Shown here one piece after another: positions 37,283 to 46,783 of a stretch of DNA of 64,000 nucleotides. Source of the stretch: Candidatus Cloacimonadales bacterium (GTDB lineage: Bacteria > Cloacimonadota > Cloacimonadia > Cloacimonadales > JAFGVF01); assembly GCA_963663475.2 (NCBI GenBank), contig CAXXJV010000001.1, forward strand, positions 1,664,001 to 1,728,000. Reading direction: 5' to 3'. The notes beneath the pieces were generated by a model. That model worked only from the letters and a program-made list of their open reading frames with translations, made no database searches and was not told the origin of the DNA. The first letter of the stretch is position 1; the number at the start of each line of letters is the position of its first letter. A program made the position numbers and the translations under genes.

Positions 37283-38059
37283 ATTCCCCTTTCAGCTCGT
37301 CAGAGCGGTATGAGAGGGGTGCCATAAGGTGGGGAGAGTAACATTCCCCTGTCGATTCTTTACACGAATTAACGCGAATTAGAACGAATTTCACGAATAA
37401 GAAAAGCTCTTTAACACAGAGTTCATAGAGGTAAAGAGGAGTTTTACAGAGTTTTAATAAGGAAGAATAAGCCACCTAAAACACCGATAATAATAAGTGA
37501 TTTACCACAAAGGCACGAAGACACAAAAGGAAAAGAAGATTCTAACTGGGAATGCGGTACTAACTGGGAATGCGGGCATCCCTGCCCGCGGTTATGCAGA
37601 TTACAAGTGGTTACGGGAATGGGTCGCGGGATTGTCTCTTAATTCCCCTTTCAGCTCGTAAGAGCGGTATGAGAGGGGTGCCGTAAGGCGGGGAGAGTAA
37701 ACATTCCCCTGTCGATTCTTTACACGAATTAACGCGAATTAGAACGAATTTCACGAATAAGAAAAGCTCTTTAACACAGAGTTCATAGAGGTAAAGAGGA
37801 GTTTCACAGAGTTTTAATAAGGAAGAATAAGCCACCGAAAACACCGATAATAATAAGTGATTTACCACAAAGGCACGAAGACACAAAAAGGAAAAGAAGA
37901 TTCTAACTGGGAATGCGGTACTAACTGGGAATGCGGGCATCCCTGCCCGCGGTTATGCAGATTACAAGTGGTTACGGGAATGGGTCGCGGGATTGTCTCT
38001 TAATTCCCCTTTCAGCTCGTAAGAGCGGTATGAGAGGGGTGCCGTAAGGCGGGGAGAGT
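37283..38059. repeat. ~360-bp tandem duplication (about 2.2 copies) built of REP-like modules
   Basis: Units start at 37283, 37642 and 38003 and are nearly identical. Confidence 0.95.
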
Positions 38060-38448
38060 CTTAAATTGGCCTCTTGTCATTGCATTCAGGACTTCCCATT
38101 AAAAAACCTTCAATGTATTCAATACAACCATCCAATTGTTTATAAATTTGATAATATGAAAATCTAATAATTTTCATTCCTAAACTTTCTAAATATCTTT
38201 CTCGTTTTTCATCATATTCTTCTTTATAATCATGGTCTCTACCATCTATTTCAACTATTAATTTAAATTTAGCACAGTAAAAATCGACAATGTAATTTCC
38301 TATTGGTTTTTGCCGATGGAAGTGTGAGATTTTTCTTTAAATCTTTTGCATATTTTGTTAGTTTTTTGCTGTATTTTATTGTCATGTTGTTACTCTCCCC
38401 GCCTTACGGCACCCCTCTCACACCGCTCTTACGAGCTGAAAGGGGAAT
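38003..38448. mobile_element. DUF559 nuclease cassette bounded by 57-bp inverted repeats
   Basis: 38003-38059 and 38392-38448 are reverse complements with one mismatch; extra partial copy at 38451-38480. Confidence 0.7.
38061..38385 (-). pseudogene. DUF559 (Vsr-like PD-(D/E)XK) endonuclease with internal deletion/frameshift
   Basis: MTIKYSKKLTKYAKDLKKNLTLP then frame change to FHRQKPIGNYIVDFYCAKFKLIVEIDGRDH...YDEKRERYLESLGMKIIRF; 325 nt; absent from ORF track. Confidence 0.85.
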
Positions 38449-38520
38449 ATTACTCTCCCCGCCTAACGGCACCCCTCTCATTATTTGGGATTATAATAAG
38501 TCTATGGTATATATGATGTT

Positions 38521-38626
38521 ATTTAACCCTTTCAGGGTTAGGCTTTGTTTTTCATCACCAGTACCCAGGGTTGCATTCCCTTCAGGAATTTACCCTGGGC
38601 TAAACTATTTATCCCCTTTTGGGGAT
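38521..38626. repeat. Multi-hairpin REP-like element
   Basis: AACCCTTTCAGGGTT, CCCAGGGT...ACCCTGGG and ATCCCCTTTTGGGGAT stems. Confidence 0.65.
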
Positions 38627-38728
38627 TCAAGACTTATCCCCTCAGGATACATAAAAAAGGTGTCCACTATATTGGTACTTGACAAAAAATACTCAAGTAA
38701 ATCAGAATGTTTCATTGAAATTGTGGTT

Positions 38729-38756
38729 TAACCTCAATAATGCATTATTTGGATTA
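38729..38756. mobile_element. Minimal 28-bp remnant of the ERIC-like MITE
   Basis: TAACCTCAATAATGCATTATTTGGATTA equals the two element ends fused at TGCA. Confidence 0.5.
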
Positions 38757-38877
38757 AAATGTACTACTGAGGAAGTCTAGTCTACTTTGGAGAGAACCGA
38801 TTTTTCTGGTGAATCTCTATTATTTCCAAAAGTTCAATTACATAAATCGGGGTTATAGAAACATGCATTTAACTTAT

Positions 38878-38962
38878 ATTCATCCTTGTAGCTTCCTTTA
38901 CACTCTTTCGATGAAAAGCGGACTTTCATCGAAAGAGTGTAAAGGAAGCTACAAGGATGAAT
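38878..38962. repeat. Perfect 39-bp-arm hairpin abutting the pyk stop
   Basis: ATTCATCCTTGTAGCTTCCTTTACACTCTTTCGATGAAA-AGCGGAC-exact inverse; homologous to 57963-58021. Confidence 0.95.
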
Positions 38963-39957
38963 CAGTCCAATTTATTAGCATCAATAATTTTTTTCATCCA
39001 TTGAATAGCTTGAATAGGGTATTTACCAATAGCAGTTTCGTCTGAAAGGGTAACTCCAGAGGCACCATCAAAAATTGCATTAGCAACATCAGAAATTTCT
39101 GCTCTAGTTGGATATGGTTTAGTTACCATGGACTCCATCATTTGAGTAGCAACAAAGAAAGGCTTGTTCAAATCTCGGCATTTTCTGCTTATCTGTTTTT
39201 GGAGAGTGGGTAAAAGGGGAATAGAGACTTCTATTCCTAGGTCGCCTCGGGCAATATAGAGGTAGTCAGAACAATTGATAATACTTTCCATATTGGCTAG
39301 TGATTTAGCAGTTTCAAACTTAGATAAAATAAGGGCCTTATGTTCTATTTGCAAAGACTCATAGTAGTTTGAAAATTCGTAAATATCTTGAGCTGATCCA
39401 ACAAAGGAGAGGGCAAAGAAGTCTGGTTTTTCTTGGCCTGTTTCTTTAATAATTTCTTTGTCTTGCTCTGATAAAAATTCATAATGGAGTGATTTACCTG
39501 GAATAGAGAAATGGCAGTTTGGTCTTAGGATATTGCTATTATCTACAGTAATAGTAATATAGTCGTTTGTAACATCAGAAACTAAACCAGTAAAATCACC
39601 ATCTTGAAGGTAAAATCTATCACCTTTTGCGATAAGTTTATGGTTAATTTTGCTAGAAAAGAAGTAATCTTCCTTTTGCGGTGTAAAGAAAATATTAGTT
39701 GATTCATTTGCTGATAGGTTATGAAATCTTCTAAGATTGGCTATTCTCACTTCAGGACCAGGTATATCAATCATTATTTTAACTTCTTTAGCTAGCTCTT
39801 TGGCTATTCTTCTGATAGTTCTAGAACATTTAATAGCATTACTTATTCTTGTGTGAGACATATTAATACGAAAAATACTTGAACCACTTTCTAGCATATC
39901 TTTAATTAAGGAATTATTAATACTTGTAGAGTTAATTGTTGTAATAATATCTATCAT
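38962..39957 (-). CDS. pyk: Pyruvate kinase, short form lacking the C-terminal domain
   Basis: RINMSH, GPEVR, ARGDLG, ATQMMESM, PTRAEISDVANA, ETAIGKYP. Confidence 0.9.
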   Translation of the reverse strand: MIDIITTINSTSINNSLIKDMLESGSSIFRINMSHTRISNAIKCSRTIRRIAKELAKEVKIMIDIPGPEVRIANLRRFHNLSANESTNIFFTPQKEDYFFSSKINHKLIAKGDRFYLQDGDFTGLVSDVTNDYITITVDNSNILRPNCHFSIPGKSLHYEFLSEQDKEIIKETGQEKPDFFALSFVGSAQDIYEFSNYYESLQIEHKALILSKFETAKSLANMESIINCSDYLYIARGDLGIEVSIPLLPTLQKQISRKCRDLNKPFFVATQMMESMVTKPYPTRAEISDVANAIFDGASGVTLSDETAIGKYPIQAIQWMKKIIDANKLD

Positions 39958-39963
39958 AAATTA

Positions 39964-40581
39964 TTAAAATCTCTTTATATTTTTTTTAGGTTTAAGGGGA
40001 AATTCTTCTAACCATAGCTGAGTTTTTGCTTTTAACAAACTTAACAGGCCATCATTATTAATTACATAGTCAGATTGAGCTTCTTTTTGCTTATTAGGAT
40101 ACTGACTGGAAATTTTCTTAAGGGCTTGGTCTTTACTAATATTATTCCTTTTCATAAGTCTATCTAATTGCATTTCAGGACTAGCTGAAACAGTGACGAT
40201 GTAATCAAAGTAAGCTTCAAGCTTAGCTTCAAAGAGGAGTGGGACTTCAAAGAAGATATACTTCTCTTGGCAGTCTTCAATTCTCTGTTTCATCAGCGAA
40301 AATATTTGAGGATGGCTTACAGAATTCAGATAGGCAAGCTTATCTTTATCTTTAAAAACTAAGCGACTTAGCTTATCTCTATCAATATGACCTCTGTCAT
40401 CTAGGATCTCCGGACCAAATTTATCCCTAAGCTGGGTAATGACTGTCTTTTCCTCTAAAGCTTCATGACCTAGTTTGTCAGTTGAATGAACTTCATAACC
40501 TAGCTCAAGTAAGATTTTTACAAGTTCAGATTTCCCAGATGCTATTGATCCTGTTATTCCAATTATGATAGGTCTCTTCAT
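39964..40581 (-). CDS. coaE: Dephospho-CoA kinase
   Basis: IGITGSIASGKS, IDR, EVPLLFE. Confidence 0.95.
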   Translation of the reverse strand: MKRPIIIGITGSIASGKSELVKILLELGYEVHSTDKLGHEALEEKTVITQLRDKFGPEILDDRGHIDRDKLSRLVFKDKDKLAYLNSVSHPQIFSLMKQRIEDCQEKYIFFEVPLLFEAKLEAYFDYIVTVSASPEMQLDRLMKRNNISKDQALKKISSQYPNKQKEAQSDYVINNDGLLSLLKAKTQLWLEEFPLKPKKNIKRF

Positions 40582-40583
40582 CC

Positions 40584-41795
40584 TTAAATCTCGAATTTAG
40601 ACTGATCTATAGCTGATAATACTTTCAAAACCTGAGCATTATCTTTAACATTATGAACTCTGATAATATCGATCTTTTTATTGAAGGCAAGGGCTGTAGT
40701 TGCCATTGTACCACCTTCTCTCTCAAGTGGTTTACTAGGATCTATCATGTTAATAAAGGACTTCCTAGAAGTTCCTAGTAGAACTTTACAAGCAAGAATA
40801 TGAAACTCATCAATTCTTTTTAGAATTGCTAAATTGTGTTCTAATCTTTTACCAAATCCTATTCCTGGATCAATTATAATTCTATCCAAAGCTATACCAT
40901 TAGCTTGAAGATATGAAATTCTTTCCTCAAAAAAAGCTAGCAAATCATTGATAACATTATCATAGCTTGGATTATCTTGCATATTTTCAGGATTTCCCTG
41001 CATGTGCATGATGCATACTTGGCTCTCAGGATAGTCTTGTAATACTTTTAACATCTTCTTGTCAGACTGTAAAGCACTTATGTCATTAATAATATTTGCC
41101 CCAGCCTTGAGAGCTTGACGTGCAACTTCAGACTTGTAAGTATCTACTGAAATTGTAACTTGGGATTCTTTTCTAATGGCACTTATGACTGGAATAACTC
41201 TTGCTAATTCATCTTGCAGGGAGACTCTTGGAGAACCTGGACGGGTTGACTCTCCTCCTATATCAATAATAGAGGCCCCTTCTTTAATCATATCCTTAGC
41301 CCTCTCAAGGGCTTTAGTCAAATCAAAATACTCATTACCATCTGAAAAAGAATCTGGTGTAACATTCAAAATTCCCATAATCTGTGGTATAAAATCTCTT
41401 CCTTTATCTTGCAGGCTCCAATAAAGTAATTGATTACGGAAGACAGATAACTCTTGTCTTATCTCAGGAAGCCCCATTGTAGTATAATGTCTCATTCTAG
41501 TTATTAAAGCAAGTAGCTTGTTTGCCCCTCCCATAAAGAGAAGATTTGTTTTCTTCTTCTCTCCTTCAACAATACCCTTACTCATAGCAATATCAGCCCC
41601 GATGATGAGTGCTTCTTGCTTAAGAATATTAGCTGCTCCTGTTTCTACATTATATAAGATAAGAGAACGACCTAGAGCTTTAGGAGCCATTACCTCTACA
41701 CCCTGAGAAGATACACCTATTTGCTTAAGAATACTTCTTGCATCTTCTAGGTTAGTTATACTGATTATTCTATTTTTCATTAATTTATCCTTCAT
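40584..41795 (-). CDS. folP: Dihydropteroate synthase with N-terminal extension
   Basis: MGILNVTPDSFSDG, DIGGESTRPG, DPGIGFGK, SRKS, RVH. Confidence 0.95.
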   Translation of the reverse strand: MKDKLMKNRIISITNLEDARSILKQIGVSSQGVEVMAPKALGRSLILYNVETGAANILKQEALIIGADIAMSKGIVEGEKKKTNLLFMGGANKLLALITRMRHYTTMGLPEIRQELSVFRNQLLYWSLQDKGRDFIPQIMGILNVTPDSFSDGNEYFDLTKALERAKDMIKEGASIIDIGGESTRPGSPRVSLQDELARVIPVISAIRKESQVTISVDTYKSEVARQALKAGANIINDISALQSDKKMLKVLQDYPESQVCIMHMQGNPENMQDNPSYDNVINDLLAFFEERISYLQANGIALDRIIIDPGIGFGKRLEHNLAILKRIDEFHILACKVLLGTSRKSFINMIDPSKPLEREGGTMATTALAFNKKIDIIRVHNVKDNAQVLKVLSAIDQSKFEI

Positions 41796-41849
41796 AATCT
41801 TGTTTGATTTTATTCTAATTATCTAGGGAGACTTGTAGGTCTGAAAAAG

Positions 41850-42656
41850 CTATTCTTGATTAATATCCACTAACTTGTTTCTGTAATTCAATACGTAGAT
41901 ACCTGAAGTCATTCCTCTTAATTTACCTTCTTGGTCAGCATCCTGTAAAATATCAATTACCCAGACAGCTAACTCACTATTACCTTCAAGATTTTGCATG
42001 CTTCCCTTGATTCGGCCATCTCTAATTTCAAAAAATATCTTACACATTTGCGATACTTTTTTGCTAGGATCAAACTCCTTACCAGCAAAAAGAGATCTAA
42101 TTAATGAATCATCTCCACCATAATTTGTTTCCTCAAAAAAGTCACTTGTACCTGTGAAAGAAATAAAAATTGTATCTTGTTTCGTTTTACTAAACTTCTT
42201 TGTATCTATTTTGATAGGTTCTTTATCACCTAGAGATTCATGAATATCATGCACATCATAGTCTATAATATGAGAATTAGGAGCAATAATATCCCTTTCT
42301 CTTTGAGCATAAGTCGAAGCAGTATGAGTTCTATCCTGAAATCTGTCTTGATCATCTTCTTCAAATAGATTAAAGGTGTAGTCTTCATCAGCATCTGATT
42401 CCTCTTCTCCTTGAATTGTTGGCTTGATGAATTGATCAATAGGTATTGAAGAAGCTTCTTTCTTTTCTATTTGGCCTGTATCAACTTGCTTAATAGCTTC
42501 CTTAACCAATTCTTCCTTTTCTTCCACTTTTTCTACCTCTATTGCTAATTCTTTCACTTCAGGCGCTTTATATTCAGGTATATCTAGACTGTAAAAGAAA
42601 AGTAACCCATGCAGTAAAATAGAAATGATAAAGGGAATCAAGTAATTATTTTTCAT
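41850..42656 (-). CDS. TonB/TolA-like membrane-anchored protein
   Basis: N-terminal TM with SxxxH (SILLHG); directly after exbB-exbD. Confidence 0.55.
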   Translation of the reverse strand: MKNNYLIPFIISILLHGLLFFYSLDIPEYKAPEVKELAIEVEKVEEKEELVKEAIKQVDTGQIEKKEASSIPIDQFIKPTIQGEEESDADEDYTFNLFEEDDQDRFQDRTHTASTYAQRERDIIAPNSHIIDYDVHDIHESLGDKEPIKIDTKKFSKTKQDTIFISFTGTSDFFEETNYGGDDSLIRSLFAGKEFDPSKKVSQMCKIFFEIRDGRIKGSMQNLEGNSELAVWVIDILQDADQEGKLRGMTSGIYVLNYRNKLVDINQE

Positions 42657-42657
42657 A

Positions 42658-43071
42658 TTAATCTATACTATATCTTGTTGGGTAAGAGATTCTTTTAGCT
42701 CCTACCTCGGTTACAATATCATGAACTGCTACTATATTTTTCCATTGGACATCCTCATCTACCCAGATCTCAACCTTAGAGTCTGCATCTTGAATCAATC
42801 TTCTTCTTAACTCATCAGCAAAGTCAGTTTCATTATAAACTTTATTTTTATTATCTAAACAAAGTTCATTATCCTTTGTAATTATTACTTTTATTATATT
42901 ACCTGAAGGAAGCTTACTTGTACTTACAGATTGGGGAAGATTGACACCAATAGAGTTTATATTGACAAAGTTGGATGATAATAGAAGAAATATAATTAAT
43001 AGAAAGACAACGTCTGTCATGGATATCAAAACTGTTGAGGTTATCTTCTTCTTCTTAACATCAATCTTCAT
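42658..43071 (-). CDS. exbD: Biopolymer transporter ExbD/TolR
   Basis: MTDVVFLLIIFLL TM with conserved Asp; VNLP. Confidence 0.92.
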   Translation of the reverse strand: MKIDVKKKKITSTVLISMTDVVFLLIIFLLLSSNFVNINSIGVNLPQSVSTSKLPSGNIIKVIITKDNELCLDNKNKVYNETDFADELRRRLIQDADSKVEIWVDEDVQWKNIVAVHDIVTEVGAKRISYPTRYSID

Positions 43072-43073
43072 GC

Positions 43074-43679
43074 TTAATCCCTGTTCTCTTCTCTAAATTT
43101 GAGAATCAAATGATGACCAGTTTCTTCAATCTTTCCAGCTATATTCTCTATGGAAGCAACAAAATAATTATTAAAAATTAAAGCTATAATACCCACAACT
43201 AATCCACCAATTGTTGTTAACATAGCTTCCCAAATACCGTTAGCTAACATACTGATATCTACTCCACCCTTTGAGATACCTATGTTCATGAAGACCTTTA
43301 CCATACCAGATGCAGTTCCTAAGAAACCTATCAAAGGGGCAATTGCTGAAAGAGTTGCTAAAACTCCTATGTGCTTTTCAAGTTGTTTAATCTCAACTTT
43401 GGCCTTGTTTTCCATCTCTTCATTAGCATCTTTCTCACCATAAACAAGATAGTCAACACCACGTTTCAAGGTGTTGGTTAGGGGAGATTCAATTGCTGAT
43501 GATTTAACAAACTCTCTAATATCTGCAAGCTTTGTTAAACTTTCTAATTCACTAGCAAATTCATCATCTTCTTTCTTAGCCTTGTAAATGACTATAAATC
43601 TTTCTATGATTACTGCTATTGTTATTATTGAAGCTAATAACAATACGTACATCAAAATACCACCTCTGGCAATAAACAT
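43074..43679 (-). CDS. exbB: MotA/TolQ/ExbB proton channel protein
   Basis: APLIGFLGT, GIWEAMLTTIGGL. Confidence 0.92.
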   Translation of the reverse strand: MFIARGGILMYVLLLASIITIAVIIERFIVIYKAKKEDDEFASELESLTKLADIREFVKSSAIESPLTNTLKRGVDYLVYGEKDANEEMENKAKVEIKQLEKHIGVLATLSAIAPLIGFLGTASGMVKVFMNIGISKGGVDISMLANGIWEAMLTTIGGLVVGIIALIFNNYFVASIENIAGKIEETGHHLILKFREENRD

Positions 43680-43857
43680 TAAATTCCTCCGATTTTATAT
43701 TATCCTTTTTACATAGTTATTAATTTCAAGAACTTCTTTATAACTTAAGCAAATCACTAGAAAACTCTCAGATATGAGGGAAGTCCTAGCATTATTTAAG
43801 GGAGAATGTTAATCATTATAGCAATACAAACCCTCTCCCTTAAAAAAATAAATTACT

Positions 43858-44940
43858 CTAGATTTGCTTTAAATTACCATCAACATCTTGAGCTTTTTTA
43901 AAGAATTCTTCTTCTAATTTCTCCATTTCTGCAAGAGCTGAATTTAACATTCTTACCCTCTCACTATAAGAAATAAATGCAGATTTAAAGCCATTAATAA
44001 TTATATTTTTAACATCTTTATAAGTGATGTTTAATGTGTCAATAACAAACATAAACTCATCTGTAACACTGGTTGAAGAAACTGTTCTATTATCAGTATT
44101 TAAGGTAACTCTTAGTCCATAATCTAAATAAAAACCAAAAGGATGTACATCAAGAGATGGTACAGCCTTGGTATGATAATTACTTTTAAAACAAATCTCT
44201 AAAGGAATTCTGTGATCATTAACATAGTTTAATAAGTCTCCATCTTCAATTAAACGGGTACCATGGCCTATTCTATGAGTACCACAATAATGAAGTGCTT
44301 GATGAATACTATCAGGTCCATATGCTTCCCCAGCATGGATAGTAATATTTAAATTGTTGCTTAAAGCTAATCTAAAAGCTTCTTCATGATCCTTTGCTGG
44401 ATAGTTATACTCAGCTCCTGCTAAATCAAAACCGATTACCCCCTTGTTCTTGTAAGCTACTGCTAACTCAGCTAAACGTAAGGAAGTGGCAGGATTAATG
44501 TTTCTTATACCACAGATTATTACAGCTGTCTTGATGTTATATTTTAATTCAGCTTTGTGCAAGCCCCTTAAAACAGCATCCGAAATCTCTGTTAGCTTTA
44601 ATCCTTCATTAGTATGAAGAATTGGTGAGTAACGAACCTCTATATAACGAACATTCTCCTTAGCTGAATCTTCAGCCAACTCAAAAGCAGCCCTCTCTAA
44701 TCCCTCTTCATTTTGCAAAACTAAATTGGTTATATGAAAGCCTTGAAGATATTCTTCTAAAGACTTGCAGTCATCCCCACATGAAATCATGGATAAAAGT
44801 TTCTTTCTATCTGTAGTTGGTAATTTTATATTATTCTTCTTGGCTAAATCTAATATTGTGTCCACCCGCACAGAACCATCCAAATGAACATGAAGATCTG
44901 TCTTAGGTAACTTCTCTATAAATTCTCTAGTTAACTTCAT
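43858..44940 (-). CDS. add: Adenosine deaminase
   Basis: LPKTDLHVHLDGS, DLAGAE, HAGE, RIGHG, NTDN. Confidence 0.93.
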   Translation of the reverse strand: MKLTREFIEKLPKTDLHVHLDGSVRVDTILDLAKKNNIKLPTTDRKKLLSMISCGDDCKSLEEYLQGFHITNLVLQNEEGLERAAFELAEDSAKENVRYIEVRYSPILHTNEGLKLTEISDAVLRGLHKAELKYNIKTAVIICGIRNINPATSLRLAELAVAYKNKGVIGFDLAGAEYNYPAKDHEEAFRLALSNNLNITIHAGEAYGPDSIHQALHYCGTHRIGHGTRLIEDGDLLNYVNDHRIPLEICFKSNYHTKAVPSLDVHPFGFYLDYGLRVTLNTDNRTVSSTSVTDEFMFVIDTLNITYKDVKNIIINGFKSAFISYSERVRMLNSALAEMEKLEEEFFKKAQDVDGNLKQI

Positions 44941-45105
44941 TTTTCCTCCTAAAGTTATTTAATATGTTATTATAATTGCTTAAGATATTTCTGTCAAAGA
45001 AAAAAATGATTATATTTTCTAAAAGCTTAATTATTCCCTAAACTCAATAAAAAAAAAAGCTAGACAAATGTTTCTAGCTATAAGATTTGTAACTGAGGAG
45101 GAAGT

Positions 45106-45351
45106 ATGAAAGATAATAATGATAGATCCTACTTACTGCTTAGGATTAGTAGCTTTATGCTAAAAATCCTCTCCCTTTTTGGCCTTTACTTTGGCCTTAT
45201 GTGGGCTTTTACTTACTCAGGTAGGTCTGCTGGAGTTAGACTGCTTATTTTTCTAACAGGCTTGAGTATGGCCTTAATCCTCTTTACCTGCGGTGAATTG
45301 ATTAAGGTTATCATAAGAGATATTTTACTGCCAAGACAAAAAAATAAATAA
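45106..45351 (+). CDS. Small two-TM membrane protein
   Basis: RBS GAGGAGG; two hydrophobic segments. Confidence 0.7.
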   Translation: MKDNNDRSYLLLRISSFMLKILSLFGLYFGLMWAFTYSGRSAGVRLLIFLTGLSMALILFTCGELIKVIIRDILLPRQKNK

Positions 45352-45409
45352 AATAATAAAAAAAACTTGACGAAATAAGAACATTTAAAATAATTACTTA
45401 AATATAAAA

Positions 45410-45533
45410 GATGTGAAAACATCTACCTAACGATTCTGCCCAGTAGATATTGTCTAGGTCCCATATAGAATAATACTTATATAGTATAGATATAATAATG
45501 GATTAGGGCGGATTTTATATCCGCCCTTTTTTT
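45410..45533 (+). promoter_or_regulatory. infC-rpmI-rplT leader with intrinsic terminator (L20-leader-like attenuator)
   Basis: TTGACG at 45367, then leader ending in AGGGCGGAT-TTTAT-ATCCGCCCT-TTTTTT just upstream of the infC RBS. Confidence 0.55.
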
Positions 45534-45568
45534 GTTAAACCGAAAACCTAAAAAAATGGAGGTTTCTT

Positions 45569-46186
45569 ATAATAAGGATAAGAAAAGGACGCGCCAAAAC
45601 TAAAGAAGTTGTGCCAAAAGAGAATATTAATGAACAGATTACTGCAAGAGAAGTAAGATTGATCGATTCTGAAGGTAAACAAGTAGGCGTGGTAAGTATT
45701 GTTAGAGCAAGAGAAATTGCTGAACAGGCTGGACTTGATTTAGTGGAGATTTCTCCTTCTGCAAAACCACCTGTGTGCAAGATTATGGATTTTAGTAAGT
45801 ACTATTATCAAAAAGAGCGTAAGGCTCGTGAAGCAAGAAAAAACAGACAGGAAGTTCAGGTTAAAGAAGTAAAATTTGGACCGAACACCGAAGAACATGA
45901 TTATAAGTTCAAGAAAAAGAATGCTATCAAATTCTTGCTTCAACATGATAAAGTGAAGTTTACTGTTCGCTTTAAAGGTCGCCAAATGGCTCATAAAGAA
46001 TTAGGCGAAGATTTGTTAAAAAAGTTAATTGAAGAGCTTAAGCCCATTGTTGATATTGATCAACCTATTCGCTCAGAAAGTAGAGTTATGTCAATGACTC
46101 TTTCACCTAAAAAAGATATTGAAAAATTAATCGATTTATTAGATCAAACTGATGATATCGAAGAAAATGTAGAAGAACAAGAATAA
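45569..46186 (+). CDS. infC: Translation initiation factor IF-3, probable ATA start
   Basis: INEQI..EVRLID, PPVCKIMD, VRFKGRQ; GGAGG at 45558-45562 precedes in-frame ATA ATA. Confidence 0.93.
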   Translation: MIRIRKGRAKTKEVVPKENINEQITAREVRLIDSEGKQVGVVSIVRAREIAEQAGLDLVEISPSAKPPVCKIMDFSKYYYQKERKAREARKNRQEVQVKEVKFGPNTEEHDYKFKKKNAIKFLLQHDKVKFTVRFKGRQMAHKELGEDLLKKLIEELKPIVDIDQPIRSESRVMSMTLSPKKDIEKLIDLLDQTDDIEENVEEQE

Positions 46187-46204
46187 TATAAAATTGGAGG
46201 AATA

Positions 46205-46405
46205 ATGCCAAAAATTAGAACCCACAGAGCTGCTGCTAAGCGATTTAAAGTTACCGGAAGTGGTAAAATTAAAAGACATCACGCAAAGTCTGCTCACATT
46301 AAAACTAAGAAAAGCCCTAAATTGAAAAGACATTTAAGAGATTCTGAAATTGTCAGATCATGTGATGAACCAAGAGTAAAGAAAATGCTTTGCGGCATGA
46401 TGTAA
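46205..46405 (+). CDS. rpmI: 50S ribosomal protein L35
   Basis: [21 protein letters not shown]. Confidence 0.97.
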   Translation: MPKIRTHRAAAKRFKVTGSGKIKRHHAKSAHIKTKKSPKLKRHLRDSEIVRSCDEPRVKKMLCGMM

Positions 46406-46423
46406 AAAAAAGGAGTTTAAAAA

Positions 46424-46783
46424 ATGGCAAGATCAAAAAATTTAGTTGCTTCCAGAGCAAGAAAAAAAGGAAAACTTAAATTAGCTAGAGGATATAGAGG
46501 TGCAAGACATAGATTATATAGAATCGCTGCACAAACTGTTGAGAAAGGTTGGGGATACGCTTATAGAGATAGAAAGCAAAAGAAAAGAACTTTCCGTAGA
46601 TTATGGATTACAAGAATCAATGCTGCTTGCCGTAATGAAGGTATCACTTATAGCAAATTTATTAACGCTCTCCATAAAGCAGACATTAATGTTAACCGTA
46701 AAGTTTTAGCTAACTTAGCTTGGCATGATCAAGAAGCTTTTGCTCAATTAGTGGATATCGCAAAAAAACATATGGAAGCTTAA
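46424..46783 (+). CDS. rplT: 50S ribosomal protein L20
   Basis: YAYRDRKQKKRTFRRLWITRINAA, NRKVLA. Confidence 0.97.
   Translation: MARSKNLVASRARKKGKLKLARGYRGARHRLYRIAAQTVEKGWGYAYRDRKQKKRTFRRLWITRINAACRNEGITYSKFINALHKADINVNRKVLANLAWHDQEAFAQLVDIAKKHMEA

Noticed and set aside
37283-38059. Tandem repeat as a CRISPR array
   Set aside because: Intervening ~300-bp segments are near-identical duplicates, not unique spacers.
37044-38731. ORFs 37044-37475, 37611-37940 and 38303-38731
   Set aside because: Read-through of palindromic repeats; the last overlaps the DUF559 relic on the opposite strand.
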